Shown in pieces: positions 31,565 through 43,000 of a stretch of 64,000 nt of DNA. The DNA is taken from positions 507,037 through 571,036 of the forward strand of contig NW_013657669.1 of the NCBI RefSeq assembly GCF_000142905.1, in the 5' to 3' direction. The stretch's first letter is position 1; every line of letters starts with the position of its first letter. The notes below the pieces were generated by a model that was not told the DNA's origin, did no database searches, and saw nothing but the letters and a program-made list of their open reading frames with translations. A program made the position numbers and the translations under genes. This DNA is from Thecamonas trahens ATCC 50062 (Eukaryota > Protista > Apusomonadida).

Positions 31565-32587
31565 ATGAGCGCGAGCGGGAGCCAAGCTAGCCGTCGCCTC
31601 TCTGCGGAGACCATTGTCCATCTCTTGGCCACTGCAGCCAATGCGGCGAAAGAGGTGCCTCAGACAGAAGGCAAAGTGGTGGGCAAGGCATTGTTGGATA
31701 TTGTTTCCAAGGCGACTGTGGTTGCGCTGGATCGTCAGGCAGAGGCCGCGAAGAAGCAGCCAGCAACGGCGACGGGCGACGAGACCGGATCGGGAGAGAA
31801 GGGCGAGGAGAGCGGCACAAGCGCGGTGGAGCTGGCGAAGGGCATGACGGCTGTCGAGGTGGCGGCCATAATTCGTGGCGCATGGGTGGCGCTGATGACG
31901 GCCATTGGTTCGGTGATGGACGAGCCCGAGTGGACGGTGCTGGTGCTGGGCAAGCTGGCGCGTGCCATGCAGGAGCACCTGGAGAGCATCGAGGACGGGG
32001 CTGGCACGGCCGGAGTTGTCGAGTCGGTCCTCGAGCACGCACGAAAGCACGGTCTGGTGGCCGAGGGCATTGTCGATGGGGCACCGGCGGGCGCGGCCGA
32101 GCTGAGCGTCCGCGACACCTCGCTCGTGGGCGTCTGGCTCAAGCTCCTCTTCTCGGGCTCGGCCTTTGACAAGCACGGCGATGTGCGGCTCCGGTGCAAT
32201 ACGCCCGGGTGCGACTGCCTTGTCTATCGGCACAACGCAGCCAACAAGTGCGCGCAGTGCGAGCACTCGTTCACGGCACACACCTTTGGCATCCTCTCCA
32301 TCTCGCGAGTCCTGGAGTCAATCTCGGAGCTCGTTTCGCAGCACGAGGAGCTCTTTTGGGGCCTTATGCTCAGCCAGTGCTCGGCCTTTGGCGGCGACCT
32401 CTACGGCTTCCGCGACAGGCTCAAGGCCAAGACCGAGGCCGAGGCCGAGGCCGCAGGCGCCGGTAGCTCGGGCGCCGGCCCCTCGTCGACCTCGTCGGTC
32501 GCCTCGACGGCGAGCCAGGATACCCGCAAGCGCAAGCGCGGATCCGATGCAGCCGGCGCCGCAGAAGAGCGTCCGTCCAAGCGGTGA
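31565..32587 (+). CDS. Hypothetical protein with a Cys/His zinc-finger-like motif and a C-terminal NLS-like RKRKR
   Basis: ORF from CACCATG containing CNTPGCDC-x9-CAQCEHSFTAH. Confidence 0.65.
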   Translation: MSASGSQASRRLSAETIVHLLATAANAAKEVPQTEGKVVGKALLDIVSKATVVALDRQAEAAKKQPATATGDETGSGEKGEESGTSAVELAKGMTAVEVAAIIRGAWVALMTAIGSVMDEPEWTVLVLGKLARAMQEHLESIEDGAGTAGVVESVLEHARKHGLVAEGIVDGAPAGAAELSVRDTSLVGVWLKLLFSGSAFDKHGDVRLRCNTPGCDCLVYRHNAANKCAQCEHSFTAHTFGILSISRVLESISELVSQHEELFWGLMLSQCSAFGGDLYGFRDRLKAKTEAEAEAAGAGSSGAGPSSTSSVASTASQDTRKRKRGSDAAGAAEERPSKR

Positions 32588-32657
32588 CATGTGTTGTGTT
32601 ATGTGTGCGGCTCCCGCATAAATGTGCCCAACTCTCTGCGCCATCGCCGGCTTACCT

Positions 32658-33252
32658 TTACCGCTTCCGCCGCTTCCCGCTGCTCCCGTTGTACCTTGTC
32701 GGCACCTCGCCACCCGAGACCCGGATTTCGGCGGCGGTCTTGGCAGCCTCGGACGGGAACAGGTCGAGGATGTTGAACTGGGCCTCGTCGCTGGAAACGG
32801 GCTCAAGGAAGGTCTTGGGCGCGGTGTTGTAGAAGCCCCAGTCTGGTGTGCAAACGGCCAGCGCGACAAGGACTCCGGCGCCAAACACATACATGGCCAC
32901 TGCAAACGACGCCGCCACCCAGCCGGCCACAAACGCCACTGCCGTCGCTGCCATCAGAATCACTTGTGTCAGCCACTCCATCAGCACCATGCCCTTGAGG
33001 TCCTGTTGCCGTAGCACACGTCGATGGAGGCAGCCCCCCACACGGAGACAATCACAAGCCAATCACAGCAGGCACCACGAGATACAGACAACCACACGGA
33101 GGCAAGCACAAGCCAATCGCAGCAGAAACCACCAGATACCGATCGATCACAGCAGGCACAACGATCCCGACCACAGTAGAGGGTGACCAAGCCACGGCAG
33201 TCCGTCACCGAGCAGAGTGAGTCATGAGAGCAGAGGGCGGAGGGAAGGGAGA

Positions 33253-33283
<31 letters not shown>

Positions 33284-33312
33284 TGGTGAGAGGATGGGAG
33301 AGTGCGTACCAT
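32658..33312 (-). CDS. SPCS1: Signal peptidase complex subunit 1 (SPC12); exons 33312-33310 (ATG) and 33002-32658
   Basis: Spliced product M-DLKGMVLMEWL, two TM segments and TPDWGFYN match SPC12. A GTACGC donor follows ATG and the acceptor is CAG. Confidence 0.85.
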
Positions 33313-33502
33313 GGTGGGTATGTGTGTGTGTGAGTGTGGGGAGAAGAGTGGAGGGGACTCTGGTTGTGGTTGTGGTTGTGGTTGTGGCTGTGGTTGTCGG
33401 GTGGTGGCGGTGGCGGCAACCGGTGCAATGACTCAGGTCGGCGATGGTGGACATGGCTGGTTTACCAACGGGGAGGGGGGGGGGGCGAGATCGTGGGCGA
33501 CC

Positions 33503-34300
33503 TCATGACGTCATGTAGAGGTAAGATGACTCACTCCGACGGCGAAAGACGACGTAGATGACGACAAGAGTGATGAGGAGGACAATGACTATGATGGCGA
33601 GGATAACGAGGACCACCACGTCGCCCTTGGGCGTGTGGCCGCGCGCGCCCTGTGTCGTCGCAGGCGAAGGTGACGGCCCGGTGCTCGACGGTGGTGGTGA
33701 GGATGGCGGCGGAGGCGGCGACAACGGCGGAGGCGGCGATGGCGATGGCGGAGGCGGCGACGGCGGCGACGGTCCGGGCAGAGGACACGCCGCAGCGGCA
33801 AGGCCCACGAACCGGAAGGTCCTCGCCGATACCGGCCCGTCCATCGCCACCAAAACAAACGAGACGTTGCCAGCAGTAACATGCTCATCACATAGGACGT
33901 CGATGACAAGGCGGTCAGTGCTCGGCGGGCCACCCAAACCGATGCGTACACCCTGCGGACCATCGCCATCGATCGATCGCGACGCGGCCGTGGCAAGGAG
34001 CGTTGCTGGCGATGGCGGGGCAGGACCAGGCGGACTACCCGCCACAGCACAAGCCGCCGGATCATCAATCGATGCAGATGCACATGGCGAGTTCTCTAGC
34101 ACGCCACATGGTTGGATCCGATACGTCGTCCCCTCTCTGCCAGCCACCATGAAGCCATCCGGCTGCACCTGTGCCAGCACGTCAAGTCGCTCCGGGCACG
34201 CAGCGCCCTCGTCCGCCAACCTCACACCAGACACGGCACACGCCGCGAGCATTACAGCAAGTACCACACTCTGCTGTCTCATGGCCATGTGTGCCTTCAT
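33503..34300 (-). CDS. Type I membrane protein with an MRH (mannose-6-phosphate receptor/ATG27-like) domain, Pro-rich stalk and YxxM tail
   Basis: Signal peptide, then YRIQPCG...C...GVRIGLGG...LVIDVLCD...AAACP, PPSPPP repeats, a TM segment and the tail SSYLYM. Confidence 0.6.
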   Translation of the reverse strand: MKAHMAMRQQSVVLAVMLAACAVSGVRLADEGAACPERLDVLAQVQPDGFMVAGREGTTYRIQPCGVLENSPCASASIDDPAACAVAGSPPGPAPPSPATLLATAASRSIDGDGPQGVRIGLGGPPSTDRLVIDVLCDEHVTAGNVSFVLVAMDGPVSARTFRFVGLAAAACPLPGPSPPSPPPPSPSPPPPLSPPPPPSSPPPSSTGPSPSPATTQGARGHTPKGDVVVLVILAIIVIVLLITLVVIYVVFRRRSESSYLYMTS

Positions 34301-34410
34301 CCTGATACGCTCTGTGTCAGGTGGTGGCCCGTGCCCGTACGTTAGCCGCTGTCGTCACCGGAAGCCTGCAGACGGTCCGGCTGCCTCGCGCGTGCGCCGT
34401 GCCATTGGCG

Positions 34411-34644
34411 CGACCACATCGCCCGATCGCAACCCGCCACCAGCCCAGGCCGTCCTACGATGACATCTATTGCGGCTCATTGGCTCGGTGCAGTCGACCC
34501 GGTTGCGTCAACCTGGCCGCGGTCGACCTGGCTGTACCCCGATCACGTCCCAGCACCCGACCACATCGCCCGATCGCAACCCGCCACCAGCCCAGGCCGT
34601 CCTACGATGACATCTATCGCGGCTCATTGGCTCGGTGCAGTCGA
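34411..34644. repeat. 87-bp direct repeat (34411-34497 and 34558-34644, one mismatch) in a bidirectional promoter
   Basis: CGACCACATCGCCCG...GGTGCAGTCGA occurs twice, 147 bp apart. Confidence 0.9.
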
Positions 34645-34721
34645 TCCCGCTCCTGCTACTGCTGCTAGGGGGGCATGCACTCCAAGCCTCTTGATACCTG
34701 TCTCTTTGCCTTCTGCCCAAC

Positions 34722-34863
34722 ATGGTGCGCAAGCTCAAGCACCATGAGAGGAAGCTTCTTCGGAAGACGGACTTTATGGACTGGAAGCGGTCGAACAACC
34801 TCCGTGAGATCGAAGTCATGCGCCGCTATCACATTGAGAAGCGGGAGGACTACATGCAGTATG

Positions 34864-34921
<58 letters not shown>

Positions 34922-35486
34922 TGGTTGGGAGGGGTGCAGCCGAGGATGGCAGCAACCATCCCTGGTTGGTTTGAGAGTGCAGCAGATGGTGTGAGACGAG
35001 GGATAGCGGGAGGTTGTGATAGCCATACTCACAGAAGAGCATGCCCATGTATGGTGTCTTGTAATGGGTAGGTACAATCGTGTTTGCGGTAAGATTACCA
35101 AGCTGGCTAACAAGCTCAAGAGCGCGGAGGCCACCTCGGAGTTTCGGATCAAGATGACGGCGTCGTTGCTGGAGAAGCTGTACGAGATGGGCGTCATCAA
35201 CTCGAAGCGCTCGCTGGGCAAGGCATCGGCGGTGACCACGGCTGCGTTTTGTCGGCGGCGGCTGGCAGTCGTCATCGTTCGCCTCAAGTTTGCTCAGAGC
35301 GTGGCAGAGGCCGCTCGCATGGTCCGCCAGGGCCACTTCCGCGTTGGCACCAACGTCGTCACCGACCCGGCGTACCACGTCACCCGCAAGATGGAGGACC
35401 ACGTCGCTTTTGTCGACACCTCTTCCATCCGCCGCAAGGTTCTCAAGTACAACGACAAGCTCGACGACTACGATCTGCTTCTTTAG
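34722..35486 (+). CDS. IMP3: U3 snoRNP protein IMP3; exons 34722-34858, 35072-35486
   Basis: [25 protein letters not shown], an S4 domain ([22 protein letters not shown]) and the ending DDYDLL. GTATGT...GTAG intron. Confidence 0.95.
34865..34920. repeat. (GT)n microsatellite in the IMP3 intron
   Basis: Direct observation. Confidence 0.95.
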
Positions 35487-35915
35487 ACTGTCTGCCGCCG
35501 CACGCCTCACCCCGGCTCACCCTCGGGCGCTGCCCAGCATCCGGGCCTTGCACGTCCGGTCTGTGGTGCGTCTGCTGTCGCCACCGCCCTGCCTCGCCCG
35601 CTGCCGCTTCACCCATCAACCTACAGAGCTCCATCCACCCGCAACGCACCATCCGTCCAGATCGTCCCCCCTTGTCCCCACCTCCTGGGCTCGGCCCTGT
35701 CGCCGTCCCTTCCGAGATCAAACGCATCCTGGCTTCTCCTCCTCCTCCTTCCCCTCCCCCTCTCCTCCTCCCTATTTTCTCGAAATGTCCCATGGCCGCG
35801 ACAGCCCGGCCCGGTGTCCGTCGTCCGTCGTCCGTCGTCCGTCGTCCGTCGTCCGTCGTCTGGTGTCCAGCAGCCGCGTGGCCGACTCGATAGCACTTCT
35901 CGCGAAACGCACAAC

Positions 35916-37715
35916 ATGTCCGACTCTGGCTCTGGTGACATCGAGGTTGTGACCACACCGGGCGCAGCGGCGCTCGAGTCTTGTGCAAGCGCGTCTGATG
36001 GGTCCAAGACGAGACCAAAGTCTTGTGACGGCGCGTCGGTGCCGCACGTGGTCGACGGCGTGGTTGAGGACGGCGGCGACGAGGCGGCGACCGGTGACGT
36101 CGGTGCCGCCTCAAGCACTCACCAGGACGACGGCAAGGGCAAGGGCAAGGGCAAGGGCAAAGGCAAGGGCAAGGCGGCAGGGAGTAACCCGTTGGCGTCA
36201 ATCATTGGCGATACGCTTGAGAATCTGACCGGAATCGCGGCTGGCGAGGGCGGGAGTGAAGGCGGCGAGGGCGCTCAGCCTGCGGTGCCGACCAAGGTCC
36301 TGCCATCGCTGCGGCGGTTCTCAGAGATGGTGGCGGAAAAGGGCTCGGAGCGCGGGCTCTCGATCCGCTACGAGGCCGAGACCAAGCGGCTAGTCGTCGA
36401 GCTGCCTGGCCCGGTGGCGCCGACCTCGCATCAGCCGCACCCGTTTGTGGACCTCGTGCCGTACTACAACGCCTACGCCATTTCCGAGGATGATGACGGC
36501 TCGCGCGACGTGGTCATCTCCGAGCTGCTGGATCTGTGCGAAGCCAAGATCATGCCGCTCGGCACGTACGACGAGATGAAGAGCCGTCTCGTCCCGCGCC
36601 TCCGCCTCGCTTCGTACTACGAGCTCTTTGACATGCAGTGCGAGCTCCGCGGCGATGACGAGGTCGTCATCCCGACGCGCGACGTCGCCACTTCGCCTGA
36701 CCTGGTCGCCGAGCTTGCGCTTGAGGATGACACTACGGTGGCCACCGTCACCAACAAGCACCTGCTGGCCTGGGGCGTGAGCTTTGACCAGGCGCTCGAC
36801 GACGCCGCCGCCGCGCTGGCGGCGCGGACCAACGGCGACGGCAAGTGGCGCGCGGTGCCCGGCACAACCAAGGGCTCGTACCTCGCCCAGTTCCGCGATG
36901 GTGCAGACTCGGCGCGCATGCTCTGCAAGGCGATGATCCGCAAGCTCAAGGTCAAGGGGCGCCCTGTCGTCCTCGTCCCCGATCGCGAGGTCCTCCTTGT
37001 CACCGGCAGCGAGGATCCCGAGGGCCTGCTTGCCGTTCTCAACCTGGTCGCCTCCATCCTCTCGCGCCTGCCGTCGCCCGTGCTTGGCGTGTGGACGCTT
37101 AACAAGAAGGGCCACTACCTCCCGTACGAGCCGCCCAAGTTTGACGGCAAGTCGTCCGGCGGCGGTGCAAGCTCGGCATCCGGCGGCGCCGACGGTGTCG
37201 CCGAGCTCCCGGTCCCCACCAAGGTCTACCTCCTGTACAAGAACCTGGTCACCCGGGGCATCGGCCAGCAGTACCACTCACAGAAGAAGATGCTGGACAA
37301 AGTCAACGAGAAGAATGAGGTCAAGGTCATGCCGGCCACCATGACTGTCATGCAACATCCCAAGACCGGCGACGTCATCACCTACTGCATCTGGCAGCTC
37401 GGCACCGAGGCCCTGCTTCCGGTCACCGACATTGTCCTCCTCTGCAATCCCGAGAACCTCGCCCGCCCCATCGTCGGTCAGGCCCCGTTCGACCTCCTCA
37501 TGGAGGTCATGTCTGATGGCGTCGAGCTGGTCCCCACCCACCCGCCACGCTACTCGTGTCCCAAGGACGTCTTCCCCACGCCGGAGCAGATCGTTCGTCT
37601 CTCCGGCTCGTTTGAGGCGCCCGAGATGAAGGACGCCGCCATCAAGCTCCGTGACATGCTTACCACGGCACAGCGTGCTCGTGAGCGCCAAGAGTTCCAG
37701 GACTCGGTCATGTAA
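35916..37715 (+). CDS. DUF1444/YtpQ-like protein with a bacterial-type domain and a low-complexity N-terminus
   Basis: HLLAWGVSFDQALDDA, DGADSARML and VVLVPDREVLLVTG resemble DUF1444-family motifs. Confidence 0.6.
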   Translation: MSDSGSGDIEVVTTPGAAALESCASASDGSKTRPKSCDGASVPHVVDGVVEDGGDEAATGDVGAASSTHQDDGKGKGKGKGKGKGKAAGSNPLASIIGDTLENLTGIAAGEGGSEGGEGAQPAVPTKVLPSLRRFSEMVAEKGSERGLSIRYEAETKRLVVELPGPVAPTSHQPHPFVDLVPYYNAYAISEDDDGSRDVVISELLDLCEAKIMPLGTYDEMKSRLVPRLRLASYYELFDMQCELRGDDEVVIPTRDVATSPDLVAELALEDDTTVATVTNKHLLAWGVSFDQALDDAAAALAARTNGDGKWRAVPGTTKGSYLAQFRDGADSARMLCKAMIRKLKVKGRPVVLVPDREVLLVTGSEDPEGLLAVLNLVASILSRLPSPVLGVWTLNKKGHYLPYEPPKFDGKSSGGGASSASGGADGVAELPVPTKVYLLYKNLVTRGIGQQYHSQKKMLDKVNEKNEVKVMPATMTVMQHPKTGDVITYCIWQLGTEALLPVTDIVLLCNPENLARPIVGQAPFDLLMEVMSDGVELVPTHPPRYSCPKDVFPTPEQIVRLSGSFEAPEMKDAAIKLRDMLTTAQRARERQEFQDSVM

Positions 37716-37882
37716 ATGCCAGCTTCCTCGACGACAGCCGAGTCTTCCGCCTGGCACAGACAGTTTCGGCGCAGCCGATGTCAGCGGTCCGAAAGCCCAA
37801 TGACGACAGCGACGACGACGACGACAACGACGACCCACCACACCTTCACCAACACCTCACTCACGCAAGGCCGACAACATTG

Positions 37883-39850
37883 ATGTACAGAGTACTGCGG
37901 CTTGCCTTCCTTGTGGCTGCGGTGGCTGCAGCTGTTGTTGCTGCCGCTGCCGCTGCCGCTGACGAAGGCCATGGCGGTGGCCTTGCCGGCGAAGACCTGG
38001 TGCCGGTGGAGGAGATGGTCGACCCTGTGGAGGTCATTGTGGGCGAGGCGCATGCAAGCAATGGCTATGGTCGGGCACGAGCTGCGCTAGAGACACTGGC
38101 GGAGGAGGAGGACAACATGAAGGCTGCGCTCGAGCTCGGCCTCTGGTCGCTCCTGGGAACGACCGTCGACGAAGGTGACGAGGTCATCGATGTGGCGGCG
38201 GCGCAAAAGTGGCTGGGTCGGGCGGCCGAGCGCGGGCTGCCAGAGGCACAGGCGTATGTGGGCCTGCTTCACAGCCTCGGCCTTGCCCGCGCGGGATCGG
38301 TCGAGCGCGACGAGGCCCTTGCAGTCCTGCATCTGTTCTTTGCTGCGCGTGGCAGCTCACGGGTCGCCAACGCCGCGCTTGGCTTCAGGCATCGGCACGC
38401 GCTGGCAGTGCCCGGCTCGTGCGATACTGCCGCCAATTACTACCGCAAGGCTGCTGAGGACGTGGCGGCGCAGATTGTGGAGACCGGAGCTGAGCCCGAG
38501 GCAACCGCCCAGCCGCTGTCTGATGAGGTCAAACCGGTCGACGGGTCCACCAACTCGGACGAGGACATTGTCGACTTTTACGAGTACTCGGCGAGTCAGG
38601 GCTCGCCGTCGGCGGCGGTCGCGCTCGGCAAGCTGCACTGGACTGGCGCGCGTGGGCTGGCGCGCGACGTGCCGGCCGCTGTCCAACACTTTGAGCAGGC
38701 CGCTGCCGCAGGCTCGCCCGAAGCCATGGCCAACCTCGGCCACGTGTACGCCGCCGGCGACGACGGCGTGCCGCAGAATACCGACGCCGCAATCGAGTGG
38801 TATACCAAGGCCGTCGACGCCGGCTCGGCGTCGGCGCTCAACGGGCTCGGCTTCATGTACCTCCATGGGACCGGCGTCGAGGCCGACTCGACCAAGGCCT
38901 TTGACTACATAGCCAAGTCTGCGGCCATGGGCAACGCCGACGCCCAGCTCAATCTTGGCACACTCTACTTTAATGGCGAGACCGCCGACGGCGAGCCCGA
39001 CTACAAGCGCGCCCACGCCTTGTTTGTCAACGCCGCCCACCAGGGCCGCACCCTTGCCACGTACTACCTCGGCCTCATGCACGCGCAAGGCCTTGGGACT
39101 GCCCGCTCGTGCGCCTCGGCGCTCTCGCTCTTCAAGACCGCCGTCGAGCGCGGCCTGCAAGAGAATGTGCTCAAGACCGCGCATGCCGCCTACGACGATG
39201 ACCAGGTGGTCATGGCCCTTGTGCGCTACCTCGTTGTCGCGATGCAGGGCGTCGAGCTTGCGCAGCGCAACGCTGCGTACATCCTCCACCACCACGGCGA
39301 CGAGAGCCGGGTGTTGGCTCTGTTCGGTGGCTCTTCTGACGCCGTCCGAGCCCTGCATCTGCGCATGCTCGCGCTCTCGGCGCTGCAGGGCAACGTCGAC
39401 GCCAACCTCGCGCTCGGCGACTACTACTTTGACACTGAGCGTGATTACGAGCTGGCGCTCTCGCAGTACCGCGCCGGCGCGAACCGCGGGCACCCACAGG
39501 CGCTCTTCAACCTCGGCTACATGCACCAGCACGGGCTCGGCCTCCCGCTCGACCTCCACCTCGCCAAGCGGTTCTACGACCAGGCCTGGGAGACCTCACC
39601 CGACGCGGCGCTCCCTGCTGGCCTTGCCCTCATTGGCCTTCACATCCAGGTCACCAACGACGAACTGATAGCCACCACCGGCTACCCGCTAGACCGCATC
39701 CTCCTTGGCGTCATCGGCAGCATCCTCATCATTGTCATTGTCTTCCGCCTCCGGGTCGCGGTCGCGCTCGGCGCGCTCTTGGAGCAGCGGGCCATGTCTC
39801 GCCGTGCTCGTCGCGCTGCGCGGCGGGCCATTCTTGGTGAAGGCGACTGA
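37883..39850 (+). CDS. SEL1L: SEL1L/Hrd3 ERAD component: signal peptide, Sel1 repeats and a C-terminal TM
   Basis: Multiple Sel1 repeats plus GVELAQRNAAYIL, LALGDYYF and QALFNLGYMHQHGLGLPLDLHLAKRFYDQA. Confidence 0.92.
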   Translation: MYRVLRLAFLVAAVAAAVVAAAAAAADEGHGGGLAGEDLVPVEEMVDPVEVIVGEAHASNGYGRARAALETLAEEEDNMKAALELGLWSLLGTTVDEGDEVIDVAAAQKWLGRAAERGLPEAQAYVGLLHSLGLARAGSVERDEALAVLHLFFAARGSSRVANAALGFRHRHALAVPGSCDTAANYYRKAAEDVAAQIVETGAEPEATAQPLSDEVKPVDGSTNSDEDIVDFYEYSASQGSPSAAVALGKLHWTGARGLARDVPAAVQHFEQAAAAGSPEAMANLGHVYAAGDDGVPQNTDAAIEWYTKAVDAGSASALNGLGFMYLHGTGVEADSTKAFDYIAKSAAMGNADAQLNLGTLYFNGETADGEPDYKRAHALFVNAAHQGRTLATYYLGLMHAQGLGTARSCASALSLFKTAVERGLQENVLKTAHAAYDDDQVVMALVRYLVVAMQGVELAQRNAAYILHHHGDESRVLALFGGSSDAVRALHLRMLALSALQGNVDANLALGDYYFDTERDYELALSQYRAGANRGHPQALFNLGYMHQHGLGLPLDLHLAKRFYDQAWETSPDAALPAGLALIGLHIQVTNDELIATTGYPLDRILLGVIGSILIIVIVFRLRVAVALGALLEQRAMSRRARRAARRAILGEGD

Positions 39851-40079
39851 CGAGCTGCTTCCTATCACTCTGCGCGCGAGCGGCCGCCTGCGTAGCCTGC
39901 AGGTGCACTTTGATCGATGGCCGGAGCCAGGGGCAGAAGGCGTTGCACCCTCCCCCTCCCCCTCCTACCCCGTGCCGGAACTGGCTCATTCTCCTGTGGC
40001 GAGGCCCACAGCGGGTGTGTGGTGGCAAAGCGGAAGCGGTCGGTGCAACACAAGTCGGGAGTAAACGACTTGTCTCGTG

Positions 40080-43000
40080 ATGGCAGTGCCGGTGGTGCTC
40101 GACGAGCCGGACTGGAACGGCGAATGGGTCGAGGCAGGTGCAGGACGTGGCGCGGGGGAGGGCGGGCGTGGAAGCCATGCACCGAGCACATCCATCGGAT
40201 CGGTAGTGTACGACGCAGAAGAAGCATACTTTCGAGCAGCAGCTGCCGTTACCCGTGAGCAGAGTCCCCCAGAGCCGTCCGCGGCATCCCCACTCCGCCG
40301 ACCGCCTTCGGCGCCTTTGCGCCGTCCGCCCTCCTCCTCGCCAGGGCAACGTTCTGCGCGAGGCAGCAACGCCAACAGAGGCCGAGGACCAGGCCAGAAG
40401 CAAGCCAAGAGGGAACCGCTGGTAGCCACGTCGGAGCCGGGTTCGCTGCAGCTTGTGCCGCATGACGTCTTTGGCCTTCAGCGAGACTGCCATGCTGCTG
40501 CCGCAGTTCGCTTTGCCCGCTTTGACAACTCGCACTTTCCCGCCAACCCGCCGCCGGCCACCGAGCGGAGCCTCCGGCCGTCACTGGCGCACGCAGACGG
40601 AAGTGTTGGCTTTGATGGCAGCAACGATGTCAAGAAGCTGCTCAAAAGGCTTGGTATTGACACGAGCGTGGCGAAGCAGCCATCGGCATCGCCGGCAAAA
40701 TCGAGGCCTGAGCCGCGACAGGCTGCGAATCGCAAGCCGCCGGCGCGGCCTGCGACGCGGCGGCGGCCGGAAAAGCCACAACGCCCGGCTGCGCCAAAGC
40801 GGCGGGCTGCGCCGAAGCAGCGGGCTCGTTCGCAGCGGGCCGCAGCTGCCGAGCCGTTGGTCGTCGAATGGCGGGCCAGCGACGATGACGACGCGGGCAG
40901 TGACCGCGATGCCGCGGTCGAGCTCGACGACGTGGCGGTGGTGCACGCGGCGCTGCAGGCGTCATCAAGTCCGGAGGCGTCACCCGAGGCGCGAAGCGAG
41001 GCAGTGCTGGAGAGTAGGCACTCGCTTGAGGCCTCGCCGATCTTCCGCATCCAACGAGTCTCGAGTCCCGAGCCCCCGCGATCGACATCGTCAAGCCCAT
41101 CGGCGAACCCATCGATGGCACCACAGCCGCTGCCTGACGCCACGTCGGATCACCTTGTGTCGAAGCTCTCTCAGAGTGCCCAGAGCGCCGAGAGCGAGCT
41201 TGTGCTTGAGCGCGGGCGGGTGTCTGACGGTGACGCTCGGATCCTACTCCGGCGCGCGCTGGCCAGCCCTATCTTGATCTCGGTCACGCTGCGGGCTGTG
41301 CGGCTGCCGCGTGGCGCACTGGCCTCTGTGCCGCTGCCGCAAACACTGACACACCTGGCAATGGTGGATATGACGCCACCGCTGACGGCGGCGTGCCTCC
41401 CGCTACTGCCACTCTCGCTTACTAGCCTCGATCTGTCGGGCAACGCTCTGGGTACGGCGCGTGGCCTGACTGCGCCGCTCGGCCACGTTCCACAACTCAC
41501 TGTCCTCAATCTTGCTGACAACATCCTCTCTGACGAGGCGTGTGTAGCGCTCTCGCTCCCTGACTCGCTGGCGGACCTCACTCTCGAGCACAACCCTCTG
41601 ACCGGGCTTGGCGTCCGGCGGTTGCTGGAGAGCGTGGCGGGCTCGCTCACTTCACTCAACGTCTCGCGGACGCTGGTGAGCGGAAGCGACGCGGCGGCGA
41701 TGGCGGTGGCATGCCCGCGGCTGAGCGAGTTTGACGTGCGTGGCGTTTTGTTTGACGGCGATGAAGAGTGTGAGCTGGCTCAAGCGCTGGCGAGTCACAG
41801 CTCGCTGACCCGGATTTGGGCATCTCTGGAGCCGGCCCCGCCGGACGCAGCTGCGTTTGCGCGGCCGATGCTCGAGCTGCTAGTGTCTCGCGCGGCGGCA
41901 CCGTACGAGGTCTGCGATCTCGGACTCCGCCCGCGGCCAACCGGGCTTCTGGGGATGTGCAAACAGGCGCCGCGGTCGCTGGCAATGCTGGCGCTGGTGA
42001 AAGGCGGAGTGGCGTCGTGCGATTTGCCGGAGTTGCTGAGCCTGCTCCCGCCGACACTGCACACGCTGATCATCGAGGGCGTAGTTCTCTCGGACGCCGG
42101 AGCGCAGAGCCTAGTGGCGTGGATGGGATCGAGCACGCATCTGGGCAAACTGGTACTGCGGCGGACGGAGCTGACAGACGAGTGGCTGGCAGCTATTTCA
42201 CGAGTTGTCCCTCACTCGCTCAGGTACATGGACGTGAGCGGCAACTCGCTGACTGACCGATCTGTAGAGCTGCTGCGGATGCTTGCGCTCGGCCTGCCGC
42301 AGCTGGAGTGGCTCGATGCCTCCCGCAACTGGATGCCCTCGCTGGAGGTTGACGGTCCCGGCTCGGTCCCGTGGTCGATCGAGGTTGCGCTCAACGGTGC
42401 GTTTGAAGTTGGCCGCGAGGGCTGGGTCGTTTTTGAGGCCTCTTCGCTCGGCACGCCGCCAGTCTCACCGCTTGTGGCGGCAGTGGCGTCCGGCGAGCCG
42501 GAGCTCGTGCGCCGAGTGCTGGACGCGTTCTATGTACCGGATCTTGTCCCGAAGCACCTGGTGACGTCGCTGGAGACTGCGTGGAGCGTGGCTGGTGAGG
42601 CAGCCGTGGCCAGCGGCGACGCCGAGATGATTGAGGCTGTGCTGGGCAGTGCCGACGGGCGGGCGACAATGTCGCGGCTGCCGGGCACAGTGCGCGGACT
42701 GCATGACGCGCGTGCTGCGCGTGCTGTGGTAGTCGAGCTCCGGCGGGCGGTGGGGCGCCTCGCCCAGATTACTGTCGACGGCACTGTGTTTGCCACCGGT
42801 GGCCTTGTGAAGCCGTATCATCGGGCGCGAGTCCACCGCGCGGTGTACGCTGCGGTGTCCGGAGGCGAGGCGCTGCCGTTGGCGCGACTGAGGGCCGAGG
42901 GCATGCCGATGACCGAGGTGCTTACTGGGTGCATGTCCCGCGACGATGTGCTGCGGAGGACACCGCTGGACGTGGCGCTGGCAGCAGGCGACGCGCGGGT

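Noticed and set aside
34411-34644. Repeat-spacer-repeat as a CRISPR-like array
   Set aside because: Only two 87-bp units, a eukaryotic context and no cas genes.
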